Origin: an uncultured Clostridia bacterium | GTDB taxonomy: Bacteria > Bacillota > Clostridia > Christensenellales > CAG-917 | Assembly (NCBI GenBank): GCA_947628255.1 | Contig: CANQZE010000003.1 | Span: 1 to 33,353 of the forward strand | Reading direction: 5' to 3' | DNA: 33,353 bases | Part shown: in pieces, positions 8,814-17,552 of the stretch | Layout: every line of letters starts with the position of its first letter | Numbering within the stretch: the stretch's first letter is position 1 | The notes under the pieces: generated by a model | The model's input: only the letters and a program-made list of their open reading frames with translations | The model's database searches: none | Told to the model about the DNA's origin: nothing | Position numbers and translations under genes: made by a program

Positions 8814-11561
8814 TTACGCCCTTTTGTTTTTGATACGCAACTTATCCTTGAGCGTATCGAAGAAATTTTTGACATCTATCTTGCCCTTGTTGTTGAGGAC
8901 GATGAGCGCGATGACCGCCGCCCAAACCGCCGCGAAGATGAACACGGTCCACCACCAACTGCCGATCAGATAGATCATAGTCGACACAATGTACGACGTC
9001 GCCACCCAAAATACGATCGTCCATCTGAAGGAACTCTTGCTCGGGGATTCCGCTTTGGCGGTCGCGACGGCGGCGAAACAAGGTATCGTGAGCATATTGA
9101 AAGCGATGAATGAGATGAGTGCGGGAGCCGTGATGCCCGTCGCGGAGATCATCTGCACGACGCTGTCCACGCCTTCGAGAGCTTCGTCTGCGACGAACGC
9201 GCTCGAAATACAAGCCGCCAAAGTGCCGAATGTGGCGATGACGTTTTCCTTTGCGATGAGTCCCGTGATCGCCGCGACCACAAACACCCATCCCCACTGC
9301 GCGCTGAGCTGACTGCCGAAACCGAGCGGCGTAAACAGAGGTCTGATGATGCTGCCCAAGCCCGCAAGTATGCTGTCTCCCATCTCGGCGTCCTCGAGAT
9401 ATTGCCAATTCCAGCTGAAGTGACTTATGAACCAGATGAATATCGTGGAGAGCAATATGATTGTGAACGCTTTTTTGACAAAGTGTTTTGTCTTATCCCA
9501 CAGGTGGATCATCAGATTTTTGAATTGAGGCGCGTGATATGCGGGCAACTCCATTATGAAGGGCGGGACGTCGCCTTTCATCGTCGTGTTGCGCATAAGC
9601 AACACGCAGCATATAGCCGTCACAATGCCGAGCAAGTACATACCGTATGTGATGAGGTCTGCGTTTGCGATCCCGAATTGCCGCACAAGCCCGCCCGCGA
9701 TAGCCGTGAGTATGGGCAACTTTGCGCCGCAACTGAAGAAGGGTATGACGCGTATCGTCGAGGTGCGCTCGTTTTGATCGGCGAGCGTACGCGTGTTGAT
9801 CATCGCGGGGACGGAACAGCCGAAGCCCATTATCATAGGCATAAACGCCCTGCCGCTAAGCCCGAAGCGACGGAATATTCTGTCCAGAATAAACGCCACG
9901 CGCGCCATATAGCCGCTGTCCTCGAGAATGGAGAAAAACAGGAAGAGCAAAAGAATCTGAGGCAGGAAGCTGAGTACCGCGAACAGGCCGCCGAAAATGC
10001 CGTCCACTATGAGGCCGCTCACCCACGGCGCCGCAGTTTTCAGCCCCTCGGCGATGCTCACGCTGATGAGATCGGTGAGTACGGTGAGCGAACTTTGAAG
10101 TATCACACCGGGCGAATACACTCCCTCCTCATATCCGAAGAAGGTATGCACGGTTATTTCTGAGAGATATTCGTCTATGCCGCTGACAAACTCGACGTCC
10201 GAAAACTCGCCGTTCTCGTCAGTAACGATGTTGACTTCATAGCCGTCAAGGTTAAAGAAGCGCTCATATTTGTTTCCATTCTCGTCGTACAGCTCAAGCA
10301 AATTGCCTTCGCCGTCCACAAGCGACATCAGCGCGGTTCCGTCCTTGTCATAGAATGTCTTTATCGGTTTATCCCCGTTTTTTGTGGCGTAGGCGTACGG
10401 CACTGTCTCAAGCCCTTCGAGCTTGCCGTCCTCGCCGATGACAAGTTCCGCCTCGTTGCCGTCCTCATCATAAAAGACGTCGTAGGGCTTGCCGTCCTTG
10501 TCGAACAGAGCGACTTGCTCGCCGTTTTCGTCGAGCAGGCTGTCAAGCAAAGTCCCGTCCGCGTCGAAATATTGCGTTATCGCTTCGCCGCGAGAGTCGT
10601 ATGCATAGGCGGTTTTGTCAAAAACTCCGCCCGCGCCAAGCCACAGCATATCCTCCGAGAATGTCAGATGGAAGATCAAAAACAGCACGACGATGAAGAT
10701 GGGAATGCCCCAGACCTTGTGCGTGAGGACCTTGTCCACCTTGTCGGAGACGGACAATTTTTGTCCTTCGCCTTCGGTATGTTTTTTGCGCTCGAGCGCG
10801 CCTGAATAGTTTTCGGAAATATATTTGTATCTGCTGTCGGCGACTATCGCCTCGAAATCACTGCCGAAAGTGTCGTCGTTGAAAGTGTGTTTGAATTCCT
10901 CAACCATCTTGGCGCTGTCGGGATGCATAGCGACTTCGATCTCGTCAAGCTCCACAAGTTTAATGGCGTGGAAGAGAGAATTTTCGACCTTCTGCCCCTC
11001 GAGAGCGATCTGACAGTCGCGGATCAGGTGCATAAGTTTTGTGCCGCTCAGCACAGTCGCGCCTTTTCTTGGATGTTTGCTCACCTCGTAGGCGCGTTGC
11101 ATAAGCTCGTCCAGTCCCTTTTCCTTGAGGGCAGAGATCGCCACGACGGGCAAACCTATTTTTGCCTCGAGCCGCGCGGGATCGATCTTGTCGCCGTTTT
11201 TTTCTACCGCGTCCATCATATTGAGCGCGATGACCATAGGCACGTCGATCTCCATAATCTGCGTAGTGAGATAGAGGTTGCGCTCGAGGTTGGTCGCGTC
11301 CACGATGTTGACGATGCAGTCGGGCTTCTCGTCAAGGATGAAATTCCTTGAAATGACCTCTTCAGGCGTGTACGGAGAGAGGGAGTAAATGCCGGGAAGA
11401 TCGACGATGGAAATTGGTTCCGCACACTTTTTGTAGACGCCGTCCTTCTTGTCGACGGTGACGCCGGGCCAGTTGCCGACGTGAGCGGTCGATCCCGTCA
11501 GCGAGTTAAAAAGAGTTGTTTTGCCGCAGTTTGGGTTGCCCGCAAGCGCAAACTTGATCAT
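8814..11561 (-). CDS. feoB: Ferrous iron transporter FeoB (with large insertion)
   Basis: GNPNCGKTT, GNWPGVTV, DLPGIYSL, NMMD, LEDSGYMAR, GFGCSVPA, FIMELPAY and AKENVI motifs. Confidence 0.95.
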   Translation of the reverse strand: MIKFALAGNPNCGKTTLFNSLTGSTAHVGNWPGVTVDKKDGVYKKCAEPISIVDLPGIYSLSPYTPEEVISRNFILDEKPDCIVNIVDATNLERNLYLTTQIMEIDVPMVIALNMMDAVEKNGDKIDPARLEAKIGLPVVAISALKEKGLDELMQRAYEVSKHPRKGATVLSGTKLMHLIRDCQIALEGQKVENSLFHAIKLVELDEIEVAMHPDSAKMVEEFKHTFNDDTFGSDFEAIVADSRYKYISENYSGALERKKHTEGEGQKLSVSDKVDKVLTHKVWGIPIFIVVLFLIFHLTFSEDMLWLGAGGVFDKTAYAYDSRGEAITQYFDADGTLLDSLLDENGEQVALFDKDGKPYDVFYDEDGNEAELVIGEDGKLEGLETVPYAYATKNGDKPIKTFYDKDGTALMSLVDGEGNLLELYDENGNKYERFFNLDGYEVNIVTDENGEFSDVEFVSGIDEYLSEITVHTFFGYEEGVYSPGVILQSSLTVLTDLISVSIAEGLKTAAPWVSGLIVDGIFGGLFAVLSFLPQILLLFLFFSILEDSGYMARVAFILDRIFRRFGLSGRAFMPMIMGFGCSVPAMINTRTLADQNERTSTIRVIPFFSCGAKLPILTAIAGGLVRQFGIANADLITYGMYLLGIVTAICCVLLMRNTTMKGDVPPFIMELPAYHAPQFKNLMIHLWDKTKHFVKKAFTIILLSTIFIWFISHFSWNWQYLEDAEMGDSILAGLGSIIRPLFTPLGFGSQLSAQWGWVFVVAAITGLIAKENVIATFGTLAACISSAFVADEALEGVDSVVQMISATGITAPALISFIAFNMLTIPCFAAVATAKAESPSKSSFRWTIVFWVATSYIVSTMIYLIGSWWWTVFIFAAVWAAVIALIVLNNKGKIDVKNFFDTLKDKLRIKNKRA

Positions 11562-11920
11562 TTTTTCACCTCCGCGGCGTCGGGAGACTCGCCTGCCTCG
11601 TTCATTTCGCTTTTTGGCGCCCTTGTCTCAAGCAAAACTTGGGCCGCCTCGCTCTTTCTCAAAGTCAGCTCATAATCGCGGATCGTCACCTCGAGGGGAT
11701 CGCCGAGCGGAGCTTTCTTTCTGAGATACACTTCCGCGCCGGGGGTCACGCCCATATCGAACAAGCGGCGCCTTATCTTGCCGTCGCCACCTATGCTCTT
11801 GATGACGCCCGATTGCCCGATGGAAAATTTGTCGAGATACATCGTCGTCTCGACAAGGTCTTCCTCGCGAGGAGCGACTTCGGACGTGGGTTTCGCCTTC
11901 TTTTTGAACAATTTCAGCAT
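11558..11920 (-). CDS. feoA: FeoA family protein
   Basis: RRRLFDMGVTPG..KAPLGDPLEVTIRDYELTLRKSEA. The true start may be the internal MYLD. Confidence 0.9.
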   Translation of the reverse strand: MLKLFKKKAKPTSEVAPREEDLVETTMYLDKFSIGQSGVIKSIGGDGKIRRRLFDMGVTPGAEVYLRKKAPLGDPLEVTIRDYELTLRKSEAAQVLLETRAPKSEMNEAGESPDAAEVKK

Positions 11921-11931
11921 TGTTGACTCCT

Positions 11932-12144
11932 TTATGCCACAAGTATTTTTGTCGCGATGTTTTTGTCCAGAGCGAGCCTTCCGTCCTTCACCATACAGAT
12001 GGTGCTTCCCCCGCTCTGAGAAATGATGCTGATCGTCGAGGATATCGTGATCCCCAGATTTTCGAGATGTTTTTTGGTTTTTTCGTCCGTCAAGATCCTG
12101 ACGATCCTCAGCTCTCTCCCAATCGGCGCGACAACAAGCGGCAT
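11932..12144 (-). CDS. feoA: FeoA family protein
   Basis: MPLVVAPIG..KKHLENLGI..VKDGRLALD..ATKILV, with GAGGAG RBS. Confidence 0.88.
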   Translation of the reverse strand: MPLVVAPIGRELRIVRILTDEKTKKHLENLGITISSTISIISQSGGSTICMVKDGRLALDKNIATKILVA

Positions 12145-12183
12145 AAATCTCTCCTCATTCCATATCATCCTATGCGGGAAATA

Positions 12184-12241
12184 TGAAATTTATTTCACGT
12201 TTTAGCGATATGATAATAGCACTCCGCGCGCGACAAGTCAA
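12184..12241 (-). promoter_or_regulatory. Sigma-A promoter of the feo operon with downstream palindromic operator
   Basis: TTGACT-17-TATTAT with extended TG. Palindrome TGAAAT-TT-ATTTCA at 12184-12197. Confidence 0.65.
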
Positions 12242-12290
12242 TCGATTTGAGCAAAAAATACGAAATTTTTTTCACATTTTCATTTTCGGC

Positions 12291-12332
12291 TTGCAAAGAT
12301 ATGGAAAATATTGTATAATACATTATATAATA
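12291..12332 (+). promoter_or_regulatory. tetR promoter with overlapping inverted-repeat operator
   Basis: TTGCAA-17-TATAAT. Inverted repeat TATTGTATAAT-AC-ATTATATAATA (12309-12332) covers the -10. Confidence 0.65.
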
Positions 12333-12420
12333 CTGATAAATAGGCTACGCGAGGCGGATCTCGCCCGCGTCCCTGATCGGAGCCGTCCGCTCCTTGTCGC
12401 GACGGCTTTTCGGAGGAAAA

Positions 12421-13020
12421 ATGGCAAAAGATATCAGAGAGCCTCGTCAGGAGCGCTCCATCGAGAAAAAAAACAAGATCGTACGCGCGGGCTACGAGCT
12501 TTTCAGCGAGGTGGGCTATTATGCGACAAACACCGCGCAGATTGCAAAGCGCGCGGGCGTGTCGACGGGCATAGTGTACGGCTATTTCAAGGATAAACGC
12601 GACATCCTGCTCGACGTGCTTAAGATCTATGTGGACTCGGCGTTCTCTCCCGTGCTTGAGCTTATGGACAGCCTCATATTCCCCGTCGATCTTCATTCCC
12701 TCGCTTGCGAAGTGCTGACAAAAGCGACCGAGATACATCAAAAAAACGCCAACATCCACGAAGCGTTGCACAGTATGTCCCATTCCGACGAGGAAGTCAA
12801 CGCGCGCTTCATAGGGCTTGAGGACGACATCACGCTGAAGATCGCGGGCAAGCTCGCAAGCCTGGGCATTGACGCGCCCAACCTCAACGAGCGCGTGCAT
12901 TTTGCGATGGACATCGTGCAATCCTTCTCGCACGAATACGTTTTCGACCACCATCCCTACATAGATTACAGCGCGATGCGCAACATAGTCGAAAACACGC
13001 TTGTCTCGCTGTTCATCTGA
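12421..13020 (+). CDS. TetR/AcrR family transcriptional regulator
   Basis: PRQERS..LFSEVGYYATNTAQIAKRAGVSTGIVYGYFKDK HTH, with GGAGG RBS. Confidence 0.92.
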   Translation: MAKDIREPRQERSIEKKNKIVRAGYELFSEVGYYATNTAQIAKRAGVSTGIVYGYFKDKRDILLDVLKIYVDSAFSPVLELMDSLIFPVDLHSLACEVLTKATEIHQKNANIHEALHSMSHSDEEVNARFIGLEDDITLKIAGKLASLGIDAPNLNERVHFAMDIVQSFSHEYVFDHHPYIDYSAMRNIVENTLVSLFI

Positions 13021-13095
13021 CAAAATTCGACAAAAAAGGACTTTATATCGCAATATCGCCATCATAAACATCGGATATTGCAAAAATAACAGGCA

Positions 13096-13764
13096 ATGTT
13101 CACACAGCGCACACTCGATTTTCTATATTTCAATCACAAGCAAAACTCCCCCGATTGGTACAAGAATCACAAGGCGGACTACGAGGAGTTTTTGGTCAAG
13201 CCGTTCAAGGAGCTTGTCGTCGATCTCACGCCGACGCTCAAAGCCATAGACCGCGAGATCATCTGCGAACCAAAGGTGGACGGGAGCATTTCTCGCATAT
13301 ATCGCGATATGCGCTACGCCACGTACGGATACAGATATCGCGATCACTGCTGGGCGATATTCGCGCGCGACAAGAAGATGTACGAGGGCTTGCCCGGCTT
13401 CTACTTTGAGGTGTCGCCCTACAAATTTTCCTTCGGGTGCGGCTATTATCAAGCCTCGCCGTCCGCAATGAAAAGTTTTCGCCGCCTCATAACGCAAAAT
13501 TCCGCGGAGTATATCGCCGCCCGCGACGCGCTCAAAAAGTCGACCGTGTTCGAGGTGTACGGCGACTTCCTCAAAACGTCCAAATACGACGCCTATCCGC
13601 CCGAGGCGCAAAACCTGCTATGCCGCTCCAACATAGGCGTAAGCGCTGACAGCACGGACTATGATCTGCTGATGAGTCCCGCGCTTCCCGGATATATCGC
13701 GGAGCAATTCGCTTCCATCGCCCCATTCTACCATCTTCTCCTCTCCGCCGAACTCACAAAATAA
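13096..13764 (+). CDS. DUF2461 family protein
   Basis: FTQRTLDFL..NSPDWYKNHKADYE..SRIYRDMRY..GFYFEVSP pattern. Confidence 0.8.
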   Translation: MFTQRTLDFLYFNHKQNSPDWYKNHKADYEEFLVKPFKELVVDLTPTLKAIDREIICEPKVDGSISRIYRDMRYATYGYRYRDHCWAIFARDKKMYEGLPGFYFEVSPYKFSFGCGYYQASPSAMKSFRRLITQNSAEYIAARDALKKSTVFEVYGDFLKTSKYDAYPPEAQNLLCRSNIGVSADSTDYDLLMSPALPGYIAEQFASIAPFYHLLLSAELTK

Positions 13765-13780
13765 CACGTCTGAGGATGTT

Positions 13781-14698
13781 ATGAAAATAAACATAACTCA
13801 AATCTCAAACATTATTAAAGACATTTACGGCAAATCGCCAAACTCCGTCAAATATCTCGGCGGAGGGTCTTTCGGGCGCGCGTTCAAAGTGAACGTAGAC
13901 GGCAAAACGCTTGTCGTCAAAGCGTTTTTGATCGACGGGTTGTGCGAAAAGGAAGCGCAGGAACTTGGCGTTTTGCGCAAGTATTGCCCCGTCAAGATCC
14001 CCGAAGTGTATTTTGTGCGGCTCAAAAAGGACGGCGCGCCGATAGAATGTTTCGGGATGGAACTCATCGAAGGGCGCGATTCTTTCACGAACTTCGCGCT
14101 GCTTTTCAAGCCGCGGAGGCAAAAACAGCGCTTTGCGGACGCCGTTTGCGACGCGCTCATAGAGCTACACAGCCACACCTCGCCCAAGTTCGGCGACATA
14201 TCGGACCCGCAATACGATTCGTGGCGAGACTTCTATTTCCCCTACGCGCAAAAAATTATGCAAGGCGCAGAAAAGCTGTATGCGGAGCGCCGCCTCAAAA
14301 AATACATCTACGATACGGCAAAAGCGCTGTGGACAAATTATGACCTCAGCTTCTGTGACGAAGTGAAAGAGGCGTGCCTCATCCACGGCGACGCCAACGT
14401 GATGAACATAATGACAAAAAAGCCGTTTGAACTTGTCGGATTCATCGATCCGCTGGACTCGATGTACGCGGACAGAGAGTACGAGCTTTTTCAGCTCCGC
14501 AACTTGACGGGCAACGCGTTCAGGCTGTACGAAACGTACAAGGCAAAATATCCCGTCTCTCCAAAATGCGACGTCAAGTGCGCGTTTTACGGCCTTTTCC
14601 ACGAGATAAATTGCTACCTTCGCAACGGCACCTACACGGGTTTCATAATGCGCGCCGCCGTAAAGCGCACAAAAGCGCAACTCAAAACATTGAAATGA
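13781..14698 (+). CDS. Aminoglycoside phosphotransferase/fructosamine kinase-like protein
   Basis: LGGGSFGRAF glycine loop, VVK, catalytic LIHGDANVMN and FIDP..ADREYEL. Confidence 0.8.
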   Translation: MKINITQISNIIKDIYGKSPNSVKYLGGGSFGRAFKVNVDGKTLVVKAFLIDGLCEKEAQELGVLRKYCPVKIPEVYFVRLKKDGAPIECFGMELIEGRDSFTNFALLFKPRRQKQRFADAVCDALIELHSHTSPKFGDISDPQYDSWRDFYFPYAQKIMQGAEKLYAERRLKKYIYDTAKALWTNYDLSFCDEVKEACLIHGDANVMNIMTKKPFELVGFIDPLDSMYADREYELFQLRNLTGNAFRLYETYKAKYPVSPKCDVKCAFYGLFHEINCYLRNGTYTGFIMRAAVKRTKAQLKTLK

Positions 14699-14752
14699 TT
14701 TTGCTCTCAAAAGAGTCGACGCTCAAGACTTTTGAAAAGAAAAACATATCTA

Positions 14753-14845
14753 CCTGTCGCCGCCCAAAACAGCGCGTGAAGATAATCAAATCGGAAAATA
14801 TTGTCCAACAACATCAAACGTCCGCCCAAATCGAGCGGACGTTTT
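14753..14845. repeat. Degenerate direct repeat, copy 1 (ends in a terminator hairpin)
   Basis: AAACGTCCGCCCAAATCGAGCGGAC (14816-14840) matches 15834-15858 at 24/25. 14753-14778 matches 15751-15776 at 21/26. Confidence 0.7.
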
Positions 14846-14856
14846 CGGGACCTAGA

Positions 14857-15237
14857 TCATTTTATGGTGTTTGAGTTCTGGTTGTACGCTTTTGCGACGC
14901 ATTTCCATTCGCCGTTCAGTTTCAAAAGGAGAAGGTAGTCGGTAAAGTCAATACTTCCGCCCCACCCTTCTTCCAGCACGCGCACAACGGCGAGCGTCTC
15001 TTCTACGGTTATGACGTCCACTCTCGCCTTGAAATTCTCGTCTGCGCCGACGGTATCAACGTTTTTGTAGAACTGCTCTATCGAACCGTGTTCAAGTTCG
15101 CCGTTGAGGATCCCGAACAAAACCGCTTCGTCTGTGAAAAGTTCCTTTGCGTACTTGCTGTTGCCCTCGGCTACGCTCTTGACGAAATTCATCGCCGCTT
15201 TTTCCACGTCTTGATAATCTTTCAATGTCGCTCTCAT
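14857..15237 (-). CDS. NTF2-like/putative lumazine-binding family protein
   Basis: 126 aa with FTDEAVLFG, FTDYLLLLKLNGEWKCVAKAY, and AGGAGG RBS. Confidence 0.8.
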   Translation of the reverse strand: MRATLKDYQDVEKAAMNFVKSVAEGNSKYAKELFTDEAVLFGILNGELEHGSIEQFYKNVDTVGADENFKARVDVITVEETLAVVRVLEEGWGGSIDFTDYLLLLKLNGEWKCVAKAYNQNSNTIK

Positions 15238-15352
15238 AAATGAGCCTCCTTAAAAATTTATTGACAAACAGATGTTAGCATTATATGATAAATATGTAAA
15301 GTACGCACATTTATGTATGGTACTTACTTTTTAGAAAGCATTGGAGAGAAAT

Positions 15353-15682
15353 ATGGAAAGGTGCATTTCAAACGAAAATCTTGCGGACACGGGGTTTTCT
15401 TACACATTATCCCTCATCAACGGGAAATACAAGATGACAATTCTCTACACGCTTATGGAGTTTTCCGTGGTGCGTTTCAATGAATTACAGCGTTATATCA
15501 AGGGTATCTCTTACAAGACATTGAGCGTAATGCTGAAAGAACTCGAAGCGGACAAATTGGTCGTACGTAAAGAATATCCTCAGATCCCGCCGAAAGTGGA
15601 ATACAGCCTCTCCGAGCGCGGAAAGTCGCTAATGCCCATTCTCGATATGATGTGCGAATGGGGCGATAAAAACAGATTATGA
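15353..15682 (+). CDS. HxlR-family winged-helix regulator
   Basis: LINGKYK..RFNELQR..ISYKTLS..LKELE..YPQIPPKVEYSLSERG. Confidence 0.92.
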   Translation: MERCISNENLADTGFSYTLSLINGKYKMTILYTLMEFSVVRFNELQRYIKGISYKTLSVMLKELEADKLVVRKEYPQIPPKVEYSLSERGKSLMPILDMMCEWGDKNRL

Positions 15683-15750
15683 AAACAGCAGTTGAAATTG
15701 CTCCCCATCGTCTTTTCATAATGCGTTACACGCGAAGGAAAACTCATCGC

Positions 15751-15860
15751 CCTACCGCCGCACAAAACAACGCATGCAAAATGAGCAAACCGTAACAATA
15801 TGACCAAATCGTAATTCTTTTCTCTGCGACATAAAACGTCCGCCCAAATCGGGCGGACTA
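15751..15860. repeat. Degenerate direct repeat, copy 2 (terminator hairpin for the MBL gene)
   Basis: Matches copy 1 as above. GTCCGCCC-AAATC-GGGCGGAC stem with a T-run on the minus strand. Confidence 0.7.
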
Positions 15861-15865
15861 TTTTA

Positions 15866-17389
15866 TCACTTTTGCTCGGCGGAAGTGTGCACTATTACGG
15901 TCTCGTCTGCATGCACGTGAAGTTTGAGCTTTTCAATGTCCTGCGCGGAGGCGTGCCCGCTCGTATGCAAGGTGCGCTCTGTAAGCCCCAACTCGCGCGC
16001 CGCGTCAAGAAATTGTTTGACGCTTGGCTGTTCGCGATATCCGCTCCACATCGAATAAATGAGTATGCCGCCCGAAATATCCGCCCTTTGCGCCAGCTTT
16101 TTGAGATAGGCTGTCATGGACGGGCGCACGAGCATCACATACTGGTCGCCCTTTGATATACCCGCGATGCCGCGTTTATTTTCTATCTCAAACAACATCT
16201 CCCTGCGTCTGCCCGTCACCCTGCGCGGAGTGAACGCATACACGCCTTTGAAAAAGTCGGGACGCGGTATGCTCCCGCCTGCCGCCGCCGCGATATGGCT
16301 TGTGTACACATCTTCATAGAATATACGCCCCGTGCGCTTTGCGGCGCGATAAAAGCTGACGATCCTGTCTATGTTCGAGGCGGATTGCAAAATGAATATC
16401 GGCTTATCCGTGCTCTTCATAAGCTCCACGGCGCGCATTTCAAGCTCCCTCTCCGAAAAGCAGGGCTTGTCGGAGCCGACATTCGTGCCCTCGGTGATCA
16501 GCGTATTTACGTGTTTTGGCAATCTCTCAAGCAACTTTTCGCCATTTTTGCGCCCATGAAAGCGGAAATCACCCGTGTAAAGCAAACTGCGCCCGCCCGC
16601 CTCGAAGAGGAGCATATAGCTATCATATGCCGAGTGGTCGCAAAGATATGGCGTAATTTTTATATTCCCGACCCACATCGGCTGACCGTCGCGATATGTT
16701 TTGATGTTGTCCCCAAGCGTCTTACCATCGTAGGCGCTCATCATGTCGAGTATGCGACGCGCGCCCGCTCCGACGAATACGGGGCAGTCACGCTTTTGCC
16801 CGATGAGACCCGCATGATCCGCATGATAGTGCGAAACTATGACGGCGTCATATTTTGTCGAAAGCACTTGCTTTTCCATATCGCTCGTCTCCTCGCCTCC
16901 GTCAAGCGCCTTGCCAAGCTCCACAAGCACCCTCGTCTCGCCCGAAGTGATCTCGATGAGGTTTTCGCCTATCTTGTCTCTGCCGCGCAATATCCTATAT
17001 TCAAGCTTTGGGACGGGCACGCCCCTCTTGCGTTTTGCAAACATGCTTACATAGCTCTTGTCTGGGTGGATAGTCGCGTCCTCGATGTCATAAAAATCGA
17101 ACAGTTCGTCGAGGTCGTCAAGGTCGAGGCACTCGTCGGCAAATATGCGATGCACGCCGCACTCGACGTCGTATGCTATTCTGCCGCGCGGATAAAAATC
17201 GAAAGGAACGTCCTTCCCTTCCCACGCGTCAAAATGCGAAAATGGATATTCTATAAGTCCCGCCTCGTTCGCAAGCTGTTTTGCCGCCGAAAAAGGATAC
17301 GATTTTTGATACGCTTCGAATTTCCATCCTCCCTCTTCCTCATCGGGTATCGCCCAAAAGATGCCAACTCTCACAAATTTCTGCTCCAT
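15866..17389 (-). CDS. RNase J-like MBL/beta-CASP hydrolase with an extra ~120 aa N-terminal domain
   Basis: SHYHADHAG, CDHSAYD, LLYTGDFRFHG, LITEGT, YSMWSGY, LHTSGHAS and VIVHT motifs. AAGGAG RBS precedes ATG 17389. Confidence 0.85.
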   Translation of the reverse strand: MEQKFVRVGIFWAIPDEEEGGWKFEAYQKSYPFSAAKQLANEAGLIEYPFSHFDAWEGKDVPFDFYPRGRIAYDVECGVHRIFADECLDLDDLDELFDFYDIEDATIHPDKSYVSMFAKRKRGVPVPKLEYRILRGRDKIGENLIEITSGETRVLVELGKALDGGEETSDMEKQVLSTKYDAVIVSHYHADHAGLIGQKRDCPVFVGAGARRILDMMSAYDGKTLGDNIKTYRDGQPMWVGNIKITPYLCDHSAYDSYMLLFEAGGRSLLYTGDFRFHGRKNGEKLLERLPKHVNTLITEGTNVGSDKPCFSERELEMRAVELMKSTDKPIFILQSASNIDRIVSFYRAAKRTGRIFYEDVYTSHIAAAAGGSIPRPDFFKGVYAFTPRRVTGRRREMLFEIENKRGIAGISKGDQYVMLVRPSMTAYLKKLAQRADISGGILIYSMWSGYREQPSVKQFLDAARELGLTERTLHTSGHASAQDIEKLKLHVHADETVIVHTSAEQK

Positions 17390-17428
17390 AATATTCTCCT
17401 TTTTTATAGGCTGCGGCTCGCGCCGCGC

Positions 17429-17457
17429 ATTATATACTGAAAACACATTCTCGTCAA
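17429..17457 (-). promoter_or_regulatory. Sigma-A promoter of the MBL gene
   Basis: TTGACG-17-TATAAT on the minus strand. Confidence 0.7.
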
Positions 17458-17519
17458 TATGTCAAGCAAATTTACATATTTTTTGAAATTTCTATCCTCA
17501 AATATACATATTGTAACTA

Positions 17520-17548
17520 CAAAACAACAGGCGGACCCGGTCCGCCCT
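17520..17548 (-). terminator. Putative terminator after the nuclease-like gene
   Basis: GGCGGACC-G-GGTCCGCC followed by TGTTGTTTT on the minus strand. Confidence 0.55.
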
Positions 17549-17552
17549 ATGT

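Noticed and set aside
14753-17550. Integron attC cassette array
   Set aside because: The hairpins are too short, lack proper RYYYAAC/GTTRRRY ends, and no integrase is present. They behave as terminators.
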